Position numbers and translations under genes: made by a program | Notes under the pieces: generated by a model | Database searches by the model: none | What the model saw: the letters and a program-made list of their open reading frames with translations, nothing else | Told to the model about the DNA's origin: nothing | Assembly (NCBI RefSeq): GCF_963921235.1 | Contig: NC_086109.1 | Span: forward strand, 23,872,001-23,936,000 | DNA length: 64,000 nucleotides | Direction: 5' to 3' | Source of the DNA: Mobula hypostoma | Lineage: Eukaryota | In this document: one piece after another, positions 11,965 to 25,207 of the stretch | Numbering within the stretch: the first letter of the stretch is position 1 | Layout: each line of letters begins with the position of its first letter

Positions 11965-12125
11965 GGGTTGCTGATCCAACCCAACCCCTCCCTGTCCAGT
12001 AGCTGAAGAATCCTATACTGTAGTCCTCCCTCGTTGAGCCCTTGCGGTGGCTGAATCAAGCTTCAGTGCATCTCTCAGCACATACTCCTGCGGTCTGGAA
12101 CGTGCCAGTCGGCAGCATTATGAGA
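11965..12125 (-). mobile_element. Tx1/L1-clade LINE 3' fragment
   Basis: Minus strand encodes ..QEYVLRDALKLDSATARAQRGRTTV*, resembling the C-terminus of Tx1-like ORF2. Confidence 0.55.
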
Positions 12126-12134
12126 AAAGATTAG

Positions 12135-12478
12135 GTTGACAGAGTCATAGACACTGGCAGATTCCGAGTCTTTTACCCAAGCTGAAAATATTGAATACTT
12201 AGAGGGCATCATTTTAAGAGTGAGTGGGCAAAAGTTTAAAGAAGATTTATGAGGCAATTATTTGGACTCAGAGAGTAGTAGGTGCCCAGGGTGCTGGTAG
12301 AGGCAGGTACAATAAGCTGCATTTCTAAGGCATTTTGAGAGAAACATTAGCTGGCAGGGAATGGAAGGATATTGACCATGTGTAGGAAGACCAGATGAGT
12401 TTAGATTGGCATTATTGTCAGCAGAGCCATTGTGGGCTGAATGGCCTTTTCCTATGCTGTACTCTCCTCTGTTCTATC
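12135..12478 (+). mobile_element. CR1 3' fragment
   Basis: agagggcatcattttaagagtgagtgggcaaaagtttaaa..; tail gggctgaatggccttttcctatgctgtac. Confidence 0.75.
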
Positions 12479-13169
12479 GTTACAACAGGAAAAAAAGGAA
12501 GCTTTTTATTCATAGAGTTCCTTTCCTCTCCTCAATCTGAAACCAATGAAATTCTTTGCAAGGCAGCACGGTGTATGGACTAATAAGCAAATTTTAATTA
12601 GCAGCATAGTGATCATTTGTAAATGCATTGAGATAATAAATTCAGAGTGAGTGAATTGAAGAGGAGTAGAAATTAGAAATTGCCGGAAGAGAAAGGAGGG
12701 AACAAACTAAGTGCTGGCAATCTGAGATGGAGAGTTGGAGAGCTAATCGTGAAAATTTGCTGAACTCTCTGTTGATCCCGGAAGCCTGTAATTTGCCTTT
12801 GCCAGCCAGCTCCATCAACACTCAGGTCATCGGGCATTCAGTCTGTTTTGCCCTCCAGATAATCTCAGGAGCACCTTCTGTTCTCTCTGCCTCATACACT
12901 TTTGCTGCAACTGTTCCCGCTTCTGATAAATCATTGATCTTGGGCAGTAACTCTGTTTCTCTCTCCATAGATGCTGTCTCCTTCCAGCAATTTTTGTTAT
13001 ATTTCAGGTTTTCAGCATCTGCAGTAATTTCACTCTGGTGCAGTTATGGTGACCTTGGTATCACTGGACTGGTTACTGACTTACATTGGTTCCATTATGG
13101 CTATTATTCTATTATGGATTTATTGAATACACCCGAAAGAAAATAAATCTCGGGGTTGTATATGGTGAT

Positions 13170-13440
13170 ATCGTCATCGTTGCCGTGGCTATCCCTCGAG
13201 GTTGAGGATGATGGTCTTCGTTCTGAAGAAGTGGCCCACAGAGTGAAGACGCCTGTGCGTGTATTTGTTTGACGTGTACTTGATGTTGCACTCCAAGAAG
13301 CACACGATACTTCACAAATCAACCATCTGATTCCAATGGCATGGAAGCCACAACGACTGGAGCTGATGGATTTGTTGCAGCCTTCATCCGCCTTCACAGC
13401 CGTTGAGTTCAAAGTAACTTCGTCCGCCTGTTCTACCGTA
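13170..13440 (-). mobile_element. Short non-autonomous RTE-type retroposon inserted in a Rex 3' tail
   Basis: Minus strand ggcggatgaaggctgcaac...cctcgagggatagccacggcaacgatgacg; flanks rejoin as Rex tail (gttgtatatggtga..tactttgataataaatttactttgaac). Confidence 0.5.
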
Positions 13441-13559
13441 TACTTGGACATATGTATACTTTGATAATAAATTTACTTTGAACTTTGAACTTTAAAAGTC
13501 AATCTGGTTCACTAACGTCCCTTTAATGAACTTTGAGCCCTCCCCATTAACCCCATCAT

Positions 13560-14245
13560 CCTTGCTCACCAGGACTGTGTGCTGAGTCCATTGCTGAACA
13601 GAACTCACTCTGGACTACACAGCCAATCACCCGAGTAATCACATTGTCAATTTTGCAGGTGACACGACAATGGTGGGGCTCATCACCAACAACAACGAGA
13701 TGGCCGAAAGAGAGGAGGTGGAAGAGCTCGAGGCCTGGTGCCAGGCGAATAACCTCCTCCTGAATGTCAACAAGACAAAGGAGCTGGTTACCGACTTCAG
13801 GAGAACTCGCACCACTCACCCTTTACATTGGCAGCACAGCAGTGGAAACTGCAAACAATTTCCCAGAACACATCCTACACAGTTAAGAAAGCTCATCACA
13901 TGTTTAGTTTCTGAGAGGGCTGAAGAGAACTGGACTTTGCACATCCATATTACATGCCATCCTACAGATATGCAGTAGAGAGCATCCTGGCAAGCTGCAT
14001 CACTGCTTGGTATGGAAACTGCACTACGGCGGACAGGAAGGCTCTATAACAGGTAGTCAAAACTGCCCAATGCATCAGTGGTACCAGCCTACCCGCCAAC
14101 AAGGACATATATACAAAAAGCTGCTGAGAAATGGCCAGTAACATCATGAAGGATACCACCCACCCTGCTCATGGACTGTTTGTCCCACTCCCATCAGGGA
14201 GGCGGTTACGTAGCATCCACACCAGAACCACCAGACTCAGCCAAG
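13560..14245 (+). mobile_element. Rex1/Babar LINE RT 3' fragment
   Basis: ORF 13670 VGLITNNNE..REEVEELEAWCQANNLLLNVNKTKELVTDFRR. Confidence 0.9.
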
Positions 14246-14254
14246 CCAGCTATA

Positions 14255-15385
14255 GCATCCTCCCTGTTAAGCCAGTTGCCTGCATTTGGCCCATTACCCT
14301 CTAAGCCCCTACCTCCACATACTTATCCAAATGCCTCTTAAATGTTGCTATTGTATTCACCTCACCCACTTCCCATGGCAGTTCATTGTAGGTGCTCACT
14401 GTCCTCTGTATTAAAAGGTTATCTCTCAGGTGTTTTTAAATCTTGTATCTGTGCTGTCTCATATTGAACTCCCCAAAATTGGGGAAAAAAACTATGACTG
14501 GCCACCTTATCCATACCCCTTCTGAGTTTATAAACTTCTTGGAGATCACTCCTCATTCTCCTGCATTCCAGGGCATAAAGATCCAGTGTGGCCAACCTCT
14601 CCCTGTAGCTAAGAAACTCTGGTTCAGGCAGCATCCTTGTAAATCTCTTCTGTACCTTCTACAGCTTGACAATGTCTTTCCTATAACAAGTACACAATAC
14701 TCCAAATACAGCCTCGCCAATGAATTATAACTGCAATATAATATCCCTACTTCTAAACTCCGAGCTGGCTGGTGTGGTGTGGCATCCGCACCAGCTTGGA
14801 GGCGAGTGGTCCCAGGTTCGAATCTGGCCAGCTCCTTACACACCTTCCGTCTGTGGGGGGTTGAGCGTCGAGCTAGCAACTTGGCCTCGTAAAAAAAGAA
14901 AACAGACTAAAATGCTAAAGAAACGGTGAGGTTACCACCCTATACACCACAAGGTGTGGAGAGAAACAACAATTTCTAAATTCTGCCCTGACTGATGAAG
15001 GCCAGCATGCTAAAAGCTATCTTTCGTACCCCGTCTACTTGTGCGTACAGTTTCACCGAACTGTGCACTTGTACTCCCAGCTCCCTGTGTTCCAATGTCC
15101 TGCCATTCACTCTATAGATTTTAAACCGGTGTGACTGTCCAAAATGCATCACCTGACACTTAGCAAAGTTGGAATCCATCTGCCATTCTTCAGCCATCTC
15201 CCTATCTTGTCAAGATCTCTTTGCAATTCATTGCAACTGGCTTCACTATAAGAAGAACTCCATAATTTACTACCATCTGCAAGCTTTCCACTTGTATTAT
15301 GTATATTCATAGCCAAAACATTTATAAAGAGGATAAATAACAGATTTCCTAACATTGACTTCTGGGACACCCCACTAGTCCTGGA
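14255..15385 (-). mobile_element. CR1 LINE 3' fragment carrying a SINE insertion
   Basis: ORFs 14419-14634 (SYRERLATLDLYALECRRMRSDLQEVYK) and 14976-15197 (WQMDSNFAKCQVMHFG). Confidence 0.85.
14761..14973 (+). mobile_element. tRNA-derived SINE with (ACA)n tail
   Basis: A box tggtgtggtgtgg, B box ggttcgaatct; TSD ttctaaactc 14751-14760 / ttctaaattc 14974-14983. Confidence 0.75.
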
Positions 15386-15390
15386 TTACC

Positions 15391-18230
15391 TGTAGGTTTT
15401 CATAAATAAAATGGCAGCAGCGTTTTAAGTTTCAGGGGAACTGTAGTAACTAACTTTATTGTCAACCATATGCAGAACATAAAGCTCAGTACTAACCTTC
15501 AGATCATTATGTCATCATGTCAGATACAGCCTCTTAAAGTGAGCCCAAATTCAATGTTGGTGGCTGTGAATTATGCATTTATTTCCACCCATGACACTAA
15601 CCTTCACAGGCCCCCTCAGTATTCACCAAAACCAGCATTGAGAGACTGTCTGAAGCTTGGACGAGCCACCCAGCTTGGGTTCTGTGTTCCATGGTGCCGT
15701 TGGCTCATCCAGAGGTGTGTTGGCATATTCATGGTCACGTTGTGATGCCAGGGAAATGGTAGCTGAATCCTCCAAATCTTGCTGGGCTGGTTTAAGGCAA
15801 TCTACCGAAATACATTCAAGTTTATTACTCCTCCTATCTATGATAAAAGTTTTTTCTCTCTGTTCCAAGACAAGGAACAGGCAATCGTAAGGGGTCCTAA
15901 GAGGATGTTGGTGTGCATCATAGCAAATGAGGTAGAATGTAGCTCAACAGGAACCCAAGAGTGTTGTACGCCATGACGGGATTTAGGATTGGGTGCACAA
16001 GAATTGAGTTTACTGTGGAGTGTGAAACACTGCTGTGAGGTCAAACAGGCTGTTGTGGCATCAGGAATAAAATCACCTGGCACTCCTGATAGCTGCCCAT
16101 ACACTAACTCAGTCGCAGGTGACTGCAGGTTCTCTTTTGGAGCTGTGCTGAGCCCCAGCAGGACCTATGGGAGATGACCATGCCAACACTCATCTATCAG
16201 GGAAGATCTCAGAGCAGCCTTTAATGAGCAGAGAAACCATTCGCACAGGCCACTGGACTGCGAGTGATACGCCGTTGTGTGATGTCGCCTAACGCCGAGG
16301 TTCTGGGCCATGGCAGCCCAGAGGTTTGACGTGTATTAGGGACCTGGCTTAAAGGAACTATCAACTGGGGTGCCAAACTGAGCAGCCCAGGTGCTGATGA
16401 AAACACAAGCCACCTCAGCAGCTGCCGTCTACGCTAGAGGGATGACCTCTGGTCACCTGGTCCACATTGACATGGAGTGGGGGGGGAAGAGGGCCAACCA
16501 GGTCCACATTGACATGGTCAAGCCATTACTCAGGGATTTCAAAATGTACCAGTGGTGGCCGAACATGACAGTTAATTTTCACTCACTGACACTCAACATA
16601 TGCTTCACTCCAATCATGCGCATCCATTCTAAGGCTGTGCCACACAAACTTTAGTGCATTCAGTTTCTGTGAGGCCTTTCGGCCAGTTTGCAGGCAGTAT
16701 GGGGTGAGGGCGACTGGTTGAAACCTTGCCCAGGAGAGAAACCCCAGTTTCCCTGAACTTAATGTCAGCCAACCGCAGGCCCACTACTGCTGTTCAGTAA
16801 GCTTGGACCTCTGGGTCAGTAGCTTGGTCGGCTGCCATGCTGACACAGTTAACCCTGATGTGAATAGCCTCTACGACTGGCTGTGAGGGCAATCAACACA
16901 GCATTGGTTTTCCCTTTGAGATGTGGTATGTCAGTCATGAACTCTGATATGTAGGCCAGGTGGCATTGCTGACATGCCGACCAAGGATCTGATATTTTGG
17001 CCATTGCTTGCTTGAGGGGTTTGCAGTCAACGAACATTGTGAAATAGTGACCCTCTGGTAGAAAACAAAAATGGCAGATAGCCAGATACAGACTGAGAGG
17101 TTTGCGTTCAAATGTGCTACTCTTCCTTTGGGGGGGTGGGGTGGAACTGCTGGCTGAAGAAGGCAAGTGGCTGCCACATGCCTCTGACCAACTGTTCATG
17201 CACCACACCTGCAGCACAGTCTGAAGGGTCAGTAGTAATGGCTGCAGGTGCACCAATACGGGCATGTTGGAAAGAGCTTGCTCGTCCTATCAAATGCTCT
17301 GGTCATATTCGCCGACCAAACCAGCACATAATTAGGGGCATTGCTTTTAAAGGCACTGTACAAGGGGAGCATAAGTCAGCAGCTCACAGAATGAAGGGTG
17401 ATGGAAATGCACCATATCTATAAACTCTGGTAGTTTTTTATTAGTGCAGGGTGGTGGGCAATCCATAATAGTGGTGACTTTTGATGGGAGGGGTTTTGCA
17501 CCTTCTGTGGAGATGCAATGGCTGAGAAAGTCAATAGTTGACAACCCAAAATGGCACTTAGCAGGATTAATAATCAACCAGTGCTGGCTTAAGCACTTGA
17601 AACGTGCGTAGAGATTTGATATGTGTTCGGATTTGGATGCATTGGTGACAAGCATGTCAACCAGGTAAACAAAAACATAATCTAAGTGTTTAAGTACAGA
17701 GTCCATCCGCTGATGGAAAGGTTGTTCTGCATTTTTCAGCAAACTCAGCCTTCGTGGCGACCAGCTTCTCTGGGTCCAGTATACGCATGCGGGCAATGAC
17801 CAGGAGGTCAGTTGTGGAAATGTGGCACTCAATCGCATGTTTTATGACTGTAGTTGAGAATGTGGTTGACATCACCTGGCACTCGTAATAGCTGCCCATA
17901 CACTAACTCAATCGCAGATGACTGCAGGTCCTCTTTTGGATCTGTGCTGAGCCCCAGCAGGACCTATGGGAGATGATTGTGCCAACAGTCATCTATCAGG
18001 GAAGACCTCAGAGCAGCCTTTAATGAGTGGAGAAACCATTCACACAGGCCATTGGACTGCAAAGTCCTTGACATCCACAAGCAAGTACCATAGTTCCTAA
18101 GGTCGATTAACAGTCCTTGGGTGCACAGGAAATCTGCGCCTAGCAGAAGTCTAGCCACTTCAGCTAGGACGAAGTCCCATGTGTAACGTCGCCCACTGAA
18201 GCAGAGTGTCACCTATCATGTCCCATAAGT
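15391..18230 (-). mobile_element. Decayed Gypsy LTR retrotransposon (3' LTR ~15391-15608, PPT, integrase, RNase H, RT, protease remnants)
   Basis: FVYLVDMLV..INPAKCHFG (RT), MFVDCKPL..HLAYISEF (RNase H), LLGADFL (protease), ISVDCLKPA (integrase end); PPT ctgagggggcc precedes TGTGAAGG on the minus strand. Confidence 0.85.
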
Positions 18231-18679
18231 CTGGATCTTGCTGCCGTTGGTGGCTTCCAACGAGGCTCCACTCAAGTCTGCCATACAGACCACTTGTAGG
18301 TCATCACCACACCCACACCCTCACCATCAATAGCAATGTTAGATACATTTTCATCCTCAAACAAAACATCCACTGTCAGGCAATGGAATTAGAAATAATT
18401 GCTAAAAATATTAAGTACAAATTTTGGCTCTTAAGAGAAGCTGATGGTGAGAAAACTTCATTGGAGGTATAACATACTTAACATTGGATGTGATTAATGA
18501 TTTTGGGGAAGGCATTATTTTTCACATAAAATTGCTGGAGGACCTCAGCAGGTCAGACAAAATGGAGAGAAATAAAAAGTCAATGTTTCAGGCAGAATCT
18601 CTTGTGTTTTTGCATTATTTTTCATTTGCTTTATTGCTACAGTTTGTTCATCAGAAAGTTCAGCTACTGAAACATAATA

Positions 18680-21330
18680 GGTGAATTTGTTTCTCTCAAA
18701 TATTGCTTTGAGGGAGTCAGAGTGTGGTTGCAATGGGAGATATGGAAGAATTGCAATGAGAGAAATGCAAGCCAAAAGGGCAATGTTAGAATCATCATGT
18801 GGGATTTCAATATGCAGGGAGCTTTGGAAAATCAGATTGTTGCTGGATTTTAGAGTGCTTATGAGATGGGTTTTTAGAGCAGCTTGTGGTTGAGTCCATT
18901 TGGGGATCAGCAATTCTGGATTGGGTGTTGTGCAATGAATCAGAATTGATTAGAGAGCTTAAGGTCAAAGAACCCTTTGGGGCAAGTGGACATCACATGA
19001 TCGAATTCGCCCTGAAGTTTGAGAAGGAGAAGCTAAAGTCAGATGTGTCAGTATTACATTGGAGTAAAGGGAATTACAGAGCAATGAGAGAGGAGTTGGT
19101 CAGATTTGATTGGAAAAGAACACTGGCAGGGATGACAGTGAAACAGCAATGGCTGGAATTTTTGGAAGCAATTCAGAAAGCACAGGATATATACGTCCCA
19201 AAGAGGAACACGTATTCTATAGGATTGATGACACAACAGTGGCTAACAAGAGAAGTCAAAGACAACATAAAAGCAGAAGAGAGGGCATACAATAGAGCAA
19301 AAATTAGTGGGAAGTTAGAGGATTGGGGAGCTTTTAAAAACCAACAGAAAACAACTAGAAAAGTCATTAAGGTAAAGACGGAATATGAAAGTAAGCTAGC
19401 CAATAATATTAAAGAGGATTCCAAATGTTTGTCAGATACATAAGTGTAAAAGAGAGGTGGGAATGAATATCGGACCACTGGAAAATGATGCAGAAGAGGT
19501 AGTAATGGGGAACAAGGAAATAGCAGACAAACTGAATAAGTATGTTGCGTCAGTCTTCACTGTGGAAGACACTAGCCGAATGTTGAAAGTTCCAGGTGTC
19601 AGGTATCATGAATTGTGTGAAGTTACCACAACTAGAGAGAAGGTTCTTGGGAAACTGAAAGGTCTGAAGGTAGATAAGTCATCTAGACCAGATGGTGTGC
19701 ACTCAGGGTTCTGAAAGAAGTGGTTGAAGAGATTGAGGAGGCATTAGTAATGATCTTTCAAGAATCACTAGATTCTGGAATGGCTCCAGAAACTGGAAAA
19801 TTGCAAATGTCACTCCACTCTTCAAAAAGGGAGAGAGGCAGAAGAAAGGAAACTATAGGCTATTGCATCTAACCTCAGTGGCTGAGAAGATGTTGGATCC
19901 AAATGATAAAATTGGCCATAGTCAGCATGGTTTCCTCAAGGGAAAATCTTGCCCGACAAATCTATTGGAATTCATTGAAGAAATAATAAGCAGGATAGAC
20001 AAAGGAGAATCATTTGATGTTGTGTACTTGGATTTTCAGAAGGCCTTTGACAAGGTGCCACACATGAGGCTCCTTAATAAGCTACGAGACTATGGTATTA
20101 TAGGAACGATTCTAGTATGGATAAAGCAGTGGCTGATTGGCAGGAGGCAAAGAGTGGGAATAAAAGGAGCCTTCTCTGGCTGGCTGCCAGTGACAAGTGA
20201 TAAGTGTCTATGTTGGGGCCTATTCTTTTTACATTATATGTCAACGACTTGGATGATGGAATTGATGGCTTTATTGCAGAGTTTGCAGATGCTATGAAGA
20301 TAGGTGGAGGAGCAGGTAGTTTTGAGGAAGTAGAGAGGCTCAGAAGGTCTTAGCCAGATTAGGAGAATGGGCAAAGAAATAGCAGATGGAATACAGTGTC
20401 AGGAAATGTATGGTCATGCAATTTGGTAGAAGAAATGAAAGGGTTGACTATTTTCTTATTGAGAGAAAAAGAACTGAGGCACAAAGTGACTTGGGAGTCC
20501 ATGTGAATGATTCCCTAAAGGTTAATTTACAGGTTGAGTCTGTGGTAAGGAAGGCAACTGCAATGTTAGCTTTAATTTTAAGAGGATTATAATATAAAAG
20601 CAAGGATGTAACATTGAGACTTTATAAAGCACTGGTGAGGCCTCAGTTGGAGTGTTGTGAACAGATTTGGCACTTTATCTTAGAAAGGATGTGCTAAAAC
20701 TGGAGAGGATTCAAAGCAGTTCACAAAAATGATTCTAGGATTGAATGGCTTGTCATATGAAGAGCATTTAATGGTTTGAGTCATAAGTAGCTAGCTATCT
20801 GGACACAAGTTGGGGTCTGATCAGCCCCGGCTGGGTCACCTGGAGGAGGGTGTATGATGTTGAAAGACCCGAAACACCCGATGATTCCAGAACATGACTG
20901 AAGATGTGTCCAGAGGCATCTGTAGATATATGTACACAGCCTGTATTCCCTGGAATTCAGAAGAATGAGTGGTGGCCTCATTGAAACCTATTGAATGGTT
21001 AAAGCCTTGATAGATGTTTTTTTCCTACAGTGGGACGGTCAATGACCAGAGGACACAGCCTCAGAATAGAGGGGTGTCCATTTAGAATGGAGATGAAGGG
21101 GAATATCTTTAGCCAGAGAGAGGTGAATCTGTGGAACTGTTTGCCACAAGCAGCTGTGGAGGCCAAGTCTTTAAGTATATCTAAGGCAGAGGTTGAGAGA
21201 TTCTTGATTGGTCTGGGCATGAAGGAATATGGGCAGAAGGCAGGAGATTGGGGCTGAGAGAAAAAGATGGCAGAGCAGACTCGATGGGCCAAATGGCCTA
21301 ATTCTGCTCCTATATCTTATGGTCTTATAG
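18680..21330 (+). mobile_element. CR1 LINE ORF2 (partial endonuclease, RT) + 3' UTR, frameshifted
   Basis: ILDWVLCN..SGHHMIEF; QHGFLKGKSC..YLDFQKAFDKVPH; WNCLPQ. Confidence 0.95.
20781..20935 (+). mobile_element. Short insertion in CR1, resembling the 3' end of a HERO (R2-group) non-LTR element
   Basis: gggtgtatgatgttgaaagacccgaaacacccgatg..ctgaagatgtgtcc; family assignment from memory only. Confidence 0.35.
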
Positions 21331-21639
21331 CTACTGATCAATGCGTACGCTCAGCACTGATTCCCATTATAATACAGCCTCTACACATTAGAGAAGTGCC
21401 AACAGCTGAATGAAAATTGCGAACGGTTTGATTTTACATCATGCACAGAAAGCCAAAGAATCAATAGTTCATCCGTAGTCTACTTAACTGTGAAATATTT
21501 TCAAAGGAGATTATGAAGTAATGGGGACCTAAGTTGGCATTTTAATACATTATGGTTAAAGAGATTAGTTTGATAATTAATTAAAATAGCTTTAAGATGC
21601 TCCTAAAATTCTGCTACATTTAGGAAGTAAAGAGGAAAT

Positions 21640-21997
21640 CACATTGAAACCTACCAACTAGAGTGTGAACGTGGTGAGGATGTTTCTAGTAGTGGGAGAG
21701 TATAGGAGTAGAGAGCACAGCTTCAGAATAGAAGGATGTCCCTTTAGAACAGAGATGAGGAGGAATTTCTTGAGGCGGTAGGTGGTGAATCTGTGGAATG
21801 CATTGCCAAAAGATGGGTGTGGAGGCCAAGTCATTGGGTAGAGTTAAAGGTTTTGATGACTGATGATGTTAAAGATTACTGGGAGAAGACAGGAGAATTG
21901 GGTTGAGAGGGAAAATAAATCAGCCATGATTGAATAGTGAAGCAGACTTGATAGGCGGAATAGCCTATTTCTGTTCCTATATCTTATGGTCTTATAT
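21640..21997 (+). mobile_element. CR1 3' fragment
   Basis: ggatgtccctttagaacagagatgaggaggaatttct..; CR1 tail. Confidence 0.85.
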
Positions 21998-22904
21998 TAA
22001 AAAGAGAAAAATTGGTTCTACTCATTGCAGACGGCCTCAAGTTACCTCATGAGCAGTGCTGGGTCAAGTGGTATCTAATTGACCTGAGGATTTAGACCCT
22101 GGTGCTTAACAAAATGCAGGAAAACTTCATCATCATATATTATAACTTGGTTCCTTAACCAATTCAACGTAATTTACTGTACACCAGCCTTTCTTCTCTT
22201 CTCCATGTTAGCTGATATTGTTCATAGTTCTCTCATCACAGATAAGATATTCATTGCTTTCAAATCTGTCAGCATTTTTTTCAACAGTTGATAATTCTGC
22301 CAAAACAATCACCCAAACTCCAACTTATCTTACTAATGTCCTTGACTGCACTGTGACTTGCTGAATGTTTGCATTCTTGGAGTTTCATTTCTGAATTGTT
22401 TTTTTCTGTATCTGCCACAGTACAGAACTAAAATTACCTTTATTAAAATCAAGAGTGACATGCGGATATGGCAGAGGTAAATTGTCTCAGTGCGCTTGTC
22501 TATGGCCTTTCGCACAGTACACAGCATCCTCCTCCGTTACTCAACACCACTGTCCAGTTGGATAGGAGCAGCTTTATCCTTTCAATTACAGCTTTAGAAT
22601 TGTCTACAAAGTCTTCACTTTTCACTCACCCACAGTTACATTCTGATGTTTCCCAATCTTTCCTTGACTCATCTGTGATTTACTCATCAGATTGGGCAAT
22701 GTTTTCAAAAAAGGGTTGTTACCAAAAGGTACATTACAAGTTGTGAGGTGTACTTCCCCACTGCCGTTCTCTGTCTCCAAGATGGCAGCCTACTGGACCA
22801 ACATCCAACACCAACTCCAAAGCCACTTGTCTTCTTTTCATGCCACAAGCCTTCCTACCTGGCCATGAACCCCAGCCTCCTCTCAGATAACGTTAAGGAT
22901 TGAA

Positions 22905-23165
22905 GCAGAGAGTAGCGTAGCAGTTAGTGTAATGCTATTACTGCGCCAGTGATTACCATTCTGGGTTCAATTCCCGTCACTGTCTGTAAGGAGTTTGTAC
23001 ATTCTCCCTGTGACCCCATGAGTTTCCTCTGGTTGCTCCTGTTTTCTCCCACATTCCAAAAAAATTGATGTACAGTTCGGATTAGTGAGTTGTGAGTGTG
23101 CTATGGTGGCACTAGAAGTGTGGTGTCATAGGCAGCCTGGCCAGCATAATCCTCACTGATCTGAT
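22905..23165 (+). mobile_element. V-SINE
   Basis: tRNA-like head tagcgtagcagtt..gggttcaattccc then ctgtctgtaaggagtttgtacattctccctgtgacc. Confidence 0.8.
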
Positions 23166-23189
23166 GCAAAAGGACACGGTTTGCTGCAT

Positions 23190-23990
23190 TGATTCATTCC
23201 ACTTCACTAGCACCATCATTGAAATGTTCCCACAACCTATGGGCTCACTGTCAAGGACTCCTTATCTCAGGTTCTTGATATTTATTGCCTATTTTTCTAT
23301 TATTATTATTTCTTTCTTTTTGTATTTGCACAGTTTGTTGTTTTTTGCACAGTGTTTGAATGACCAAGTTGGTGCAGTCTTTCATTGATTCTGTTATGGT
23401 TGTTATTCTATGGATTTGCTGCGTATGCTCACAGGAAAATGAATCTCAGGTTTGTATACAGTGACAGATATGTACTTTGACAATAAATTTACTTTGAACT
23501 TTGTTTCGATGTATTCAAAGTTCAAAGTATGTATACTTTATACAACCTTGAGATTCGTCTCCTTATAGGCAGCCATGAAACAAAGGAAATCAACAGATCC
23601 CATTGAAAACAAAAGGAGGACGTCACTCTGTGTGCAGAAAGAGAAGAAAAGAAAACAAATCTGTGCAAACAATAAAACCAAGCAAACAGCATTCAGAACT
23701 GAAGTCCACAAAGCCAGGCATTGCATCAGCTGACCTGTAGGTCCACCAGTTGCAGGCTCAGCCTCCGTTCAGCACAGAGATGAGCAAACCCGACAGAGCA
23801 GCTAGCCAAACCGGACTGTCCCTTGCCTCTGACTCTTTCAATCTGGCCCGGCACTTAAATCATCCAAAGCTCAGGTCCTTCCTCTCTCTCTGCCACTTCA
23901 ATACGCCCTCATGCTCAGGGTTTGCTGTTTCAATTTGGCCAGTACCTGCCCTTTCCAATTCGGCTTGGCTCTTAAATCGATTTGTTGTAC
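23190..23990. mobile_element. Two tail-to-tail Rex1/Babar-related 3' fragments
   Basis: Plus-strand tail aataaatttactttgaactttg at ~23482-23503; minus-strand tail ttcaaagttcaaag at ~23514. Confidence 0.6.
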
Positions 23991-24219
23991 CTGTGACAAA
24001 TAAAGCTAGTCTTCAAATCTTTACCTTTAAGCAAGCTGCTCATCAAAACTTGTCTCTGTGCACCTTTTAATCATCTGCTTTATTGTCCTCTGACATAACT
24101 TGATGTCAAATTTTATTGCTTCTACCAAGTGCCTTGGGGCATCATGTAAATATAAGTTCTTGTTGCTGTTGTTATGGGACAAACTGCCCCTATTTCTTAT
24201 AAAACAGCACACCTACCAG

Positions 24220-24440
24220 CAAAATGCTGGTGGAAACTCACCAGGTCAGGCAACATCTATAGAAATGAGTAAACAGTCGACGTTTTGGGCCAAGACACTT
24301 CCTCACGATTGGAGGAGGGTCTTGTCCTGAAATGTCAACTGTTTATTCATTTCCACAGATGCTGCCTGACCAGCTGAGTTCCTCCACCATTTTGTGTGCA
24401 TTGCCTTGGATTTCCGGCATCTGCAGAATTCTCTTGTGTT
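24220..24440. mobile_element. Palindromic Penelope-derived repeat
   Basis: Left arm aaaatgctggtggaaactca..aaacagtcgacgttttgggccaagacacttcctc is the reverse complement of gaggagggtcttgtcctgaaatgtcaactgttt..tgagttcctccaccatttt. Confidence 0.75.
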
Positions 24441-25207
24441 TAACAGCTACCACAGTCAGTGCCAGAGGAACCCTGCTGATATATATTAAACAATGCAAAC
24501 ATCTACCAGACTGAATTAATCAAAGCTGTGTCTGGATTTGTGTTTTTTAAAGACTATTTCATTTTTTGAAAGCGTGGCCTCACAGAGCTCCCAGGTGTTT
24601 GAGACTGTGGCCACTAATTTTGATAATCAAAACCCAATGTACTCGCCAATGGATTTCCTTCACAGTTCTCTACCATTCTCCAACCAGAGGTAACTACAGA
24701 CAAAGCAGAGACTATACAGCAATTGGAAGCTGTTAGATGCATGAGACAATCATAGGTTCTATTTCCTTGGTACAAAAGTTTGTCTGTCTACAAAGAGTTT
24801 CTTTACTGGATACTGGCTAATAGTTAACATTTATTGAGCAGAAAACAGGAGGACTTACATTGTGACATGAAGGGGAAAGAATGAATCTTGTAGCTACATA
24901 GAACACTTATGGCCTCAGTTCATCTCAGGGCTTCATCATCAATGATATTACTAAAAGTCTAGACACTGCTGTGGGATATGCAGTTAGACTGTCCATTGCA
25001 AATTCCAGAAATAGAAATGAGGTAATGATCAAAAGCTCTGCTTAATAAGTTTTGGTTTCATGTGACTGATAGCAAAACTAACAGTGCAGAAATCCCACAT
25101 CCTGTTGCGTCAGTAGGATAATTCCCTCTTAATGTTGCTTCCCTGCCTGTGCATTACTGCCACAAGACAGACTCTGACAGGGCAGCTCTCCCACAATATT
25201 ACCTCTA

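Noticed and set aside
14761..14835. tRNA genes (also at 22910, 33040 and 51340)
   Set aside because: A/B-box heads continue into SINE bodies, mostly with TSDs; no convincing cloverleaf.
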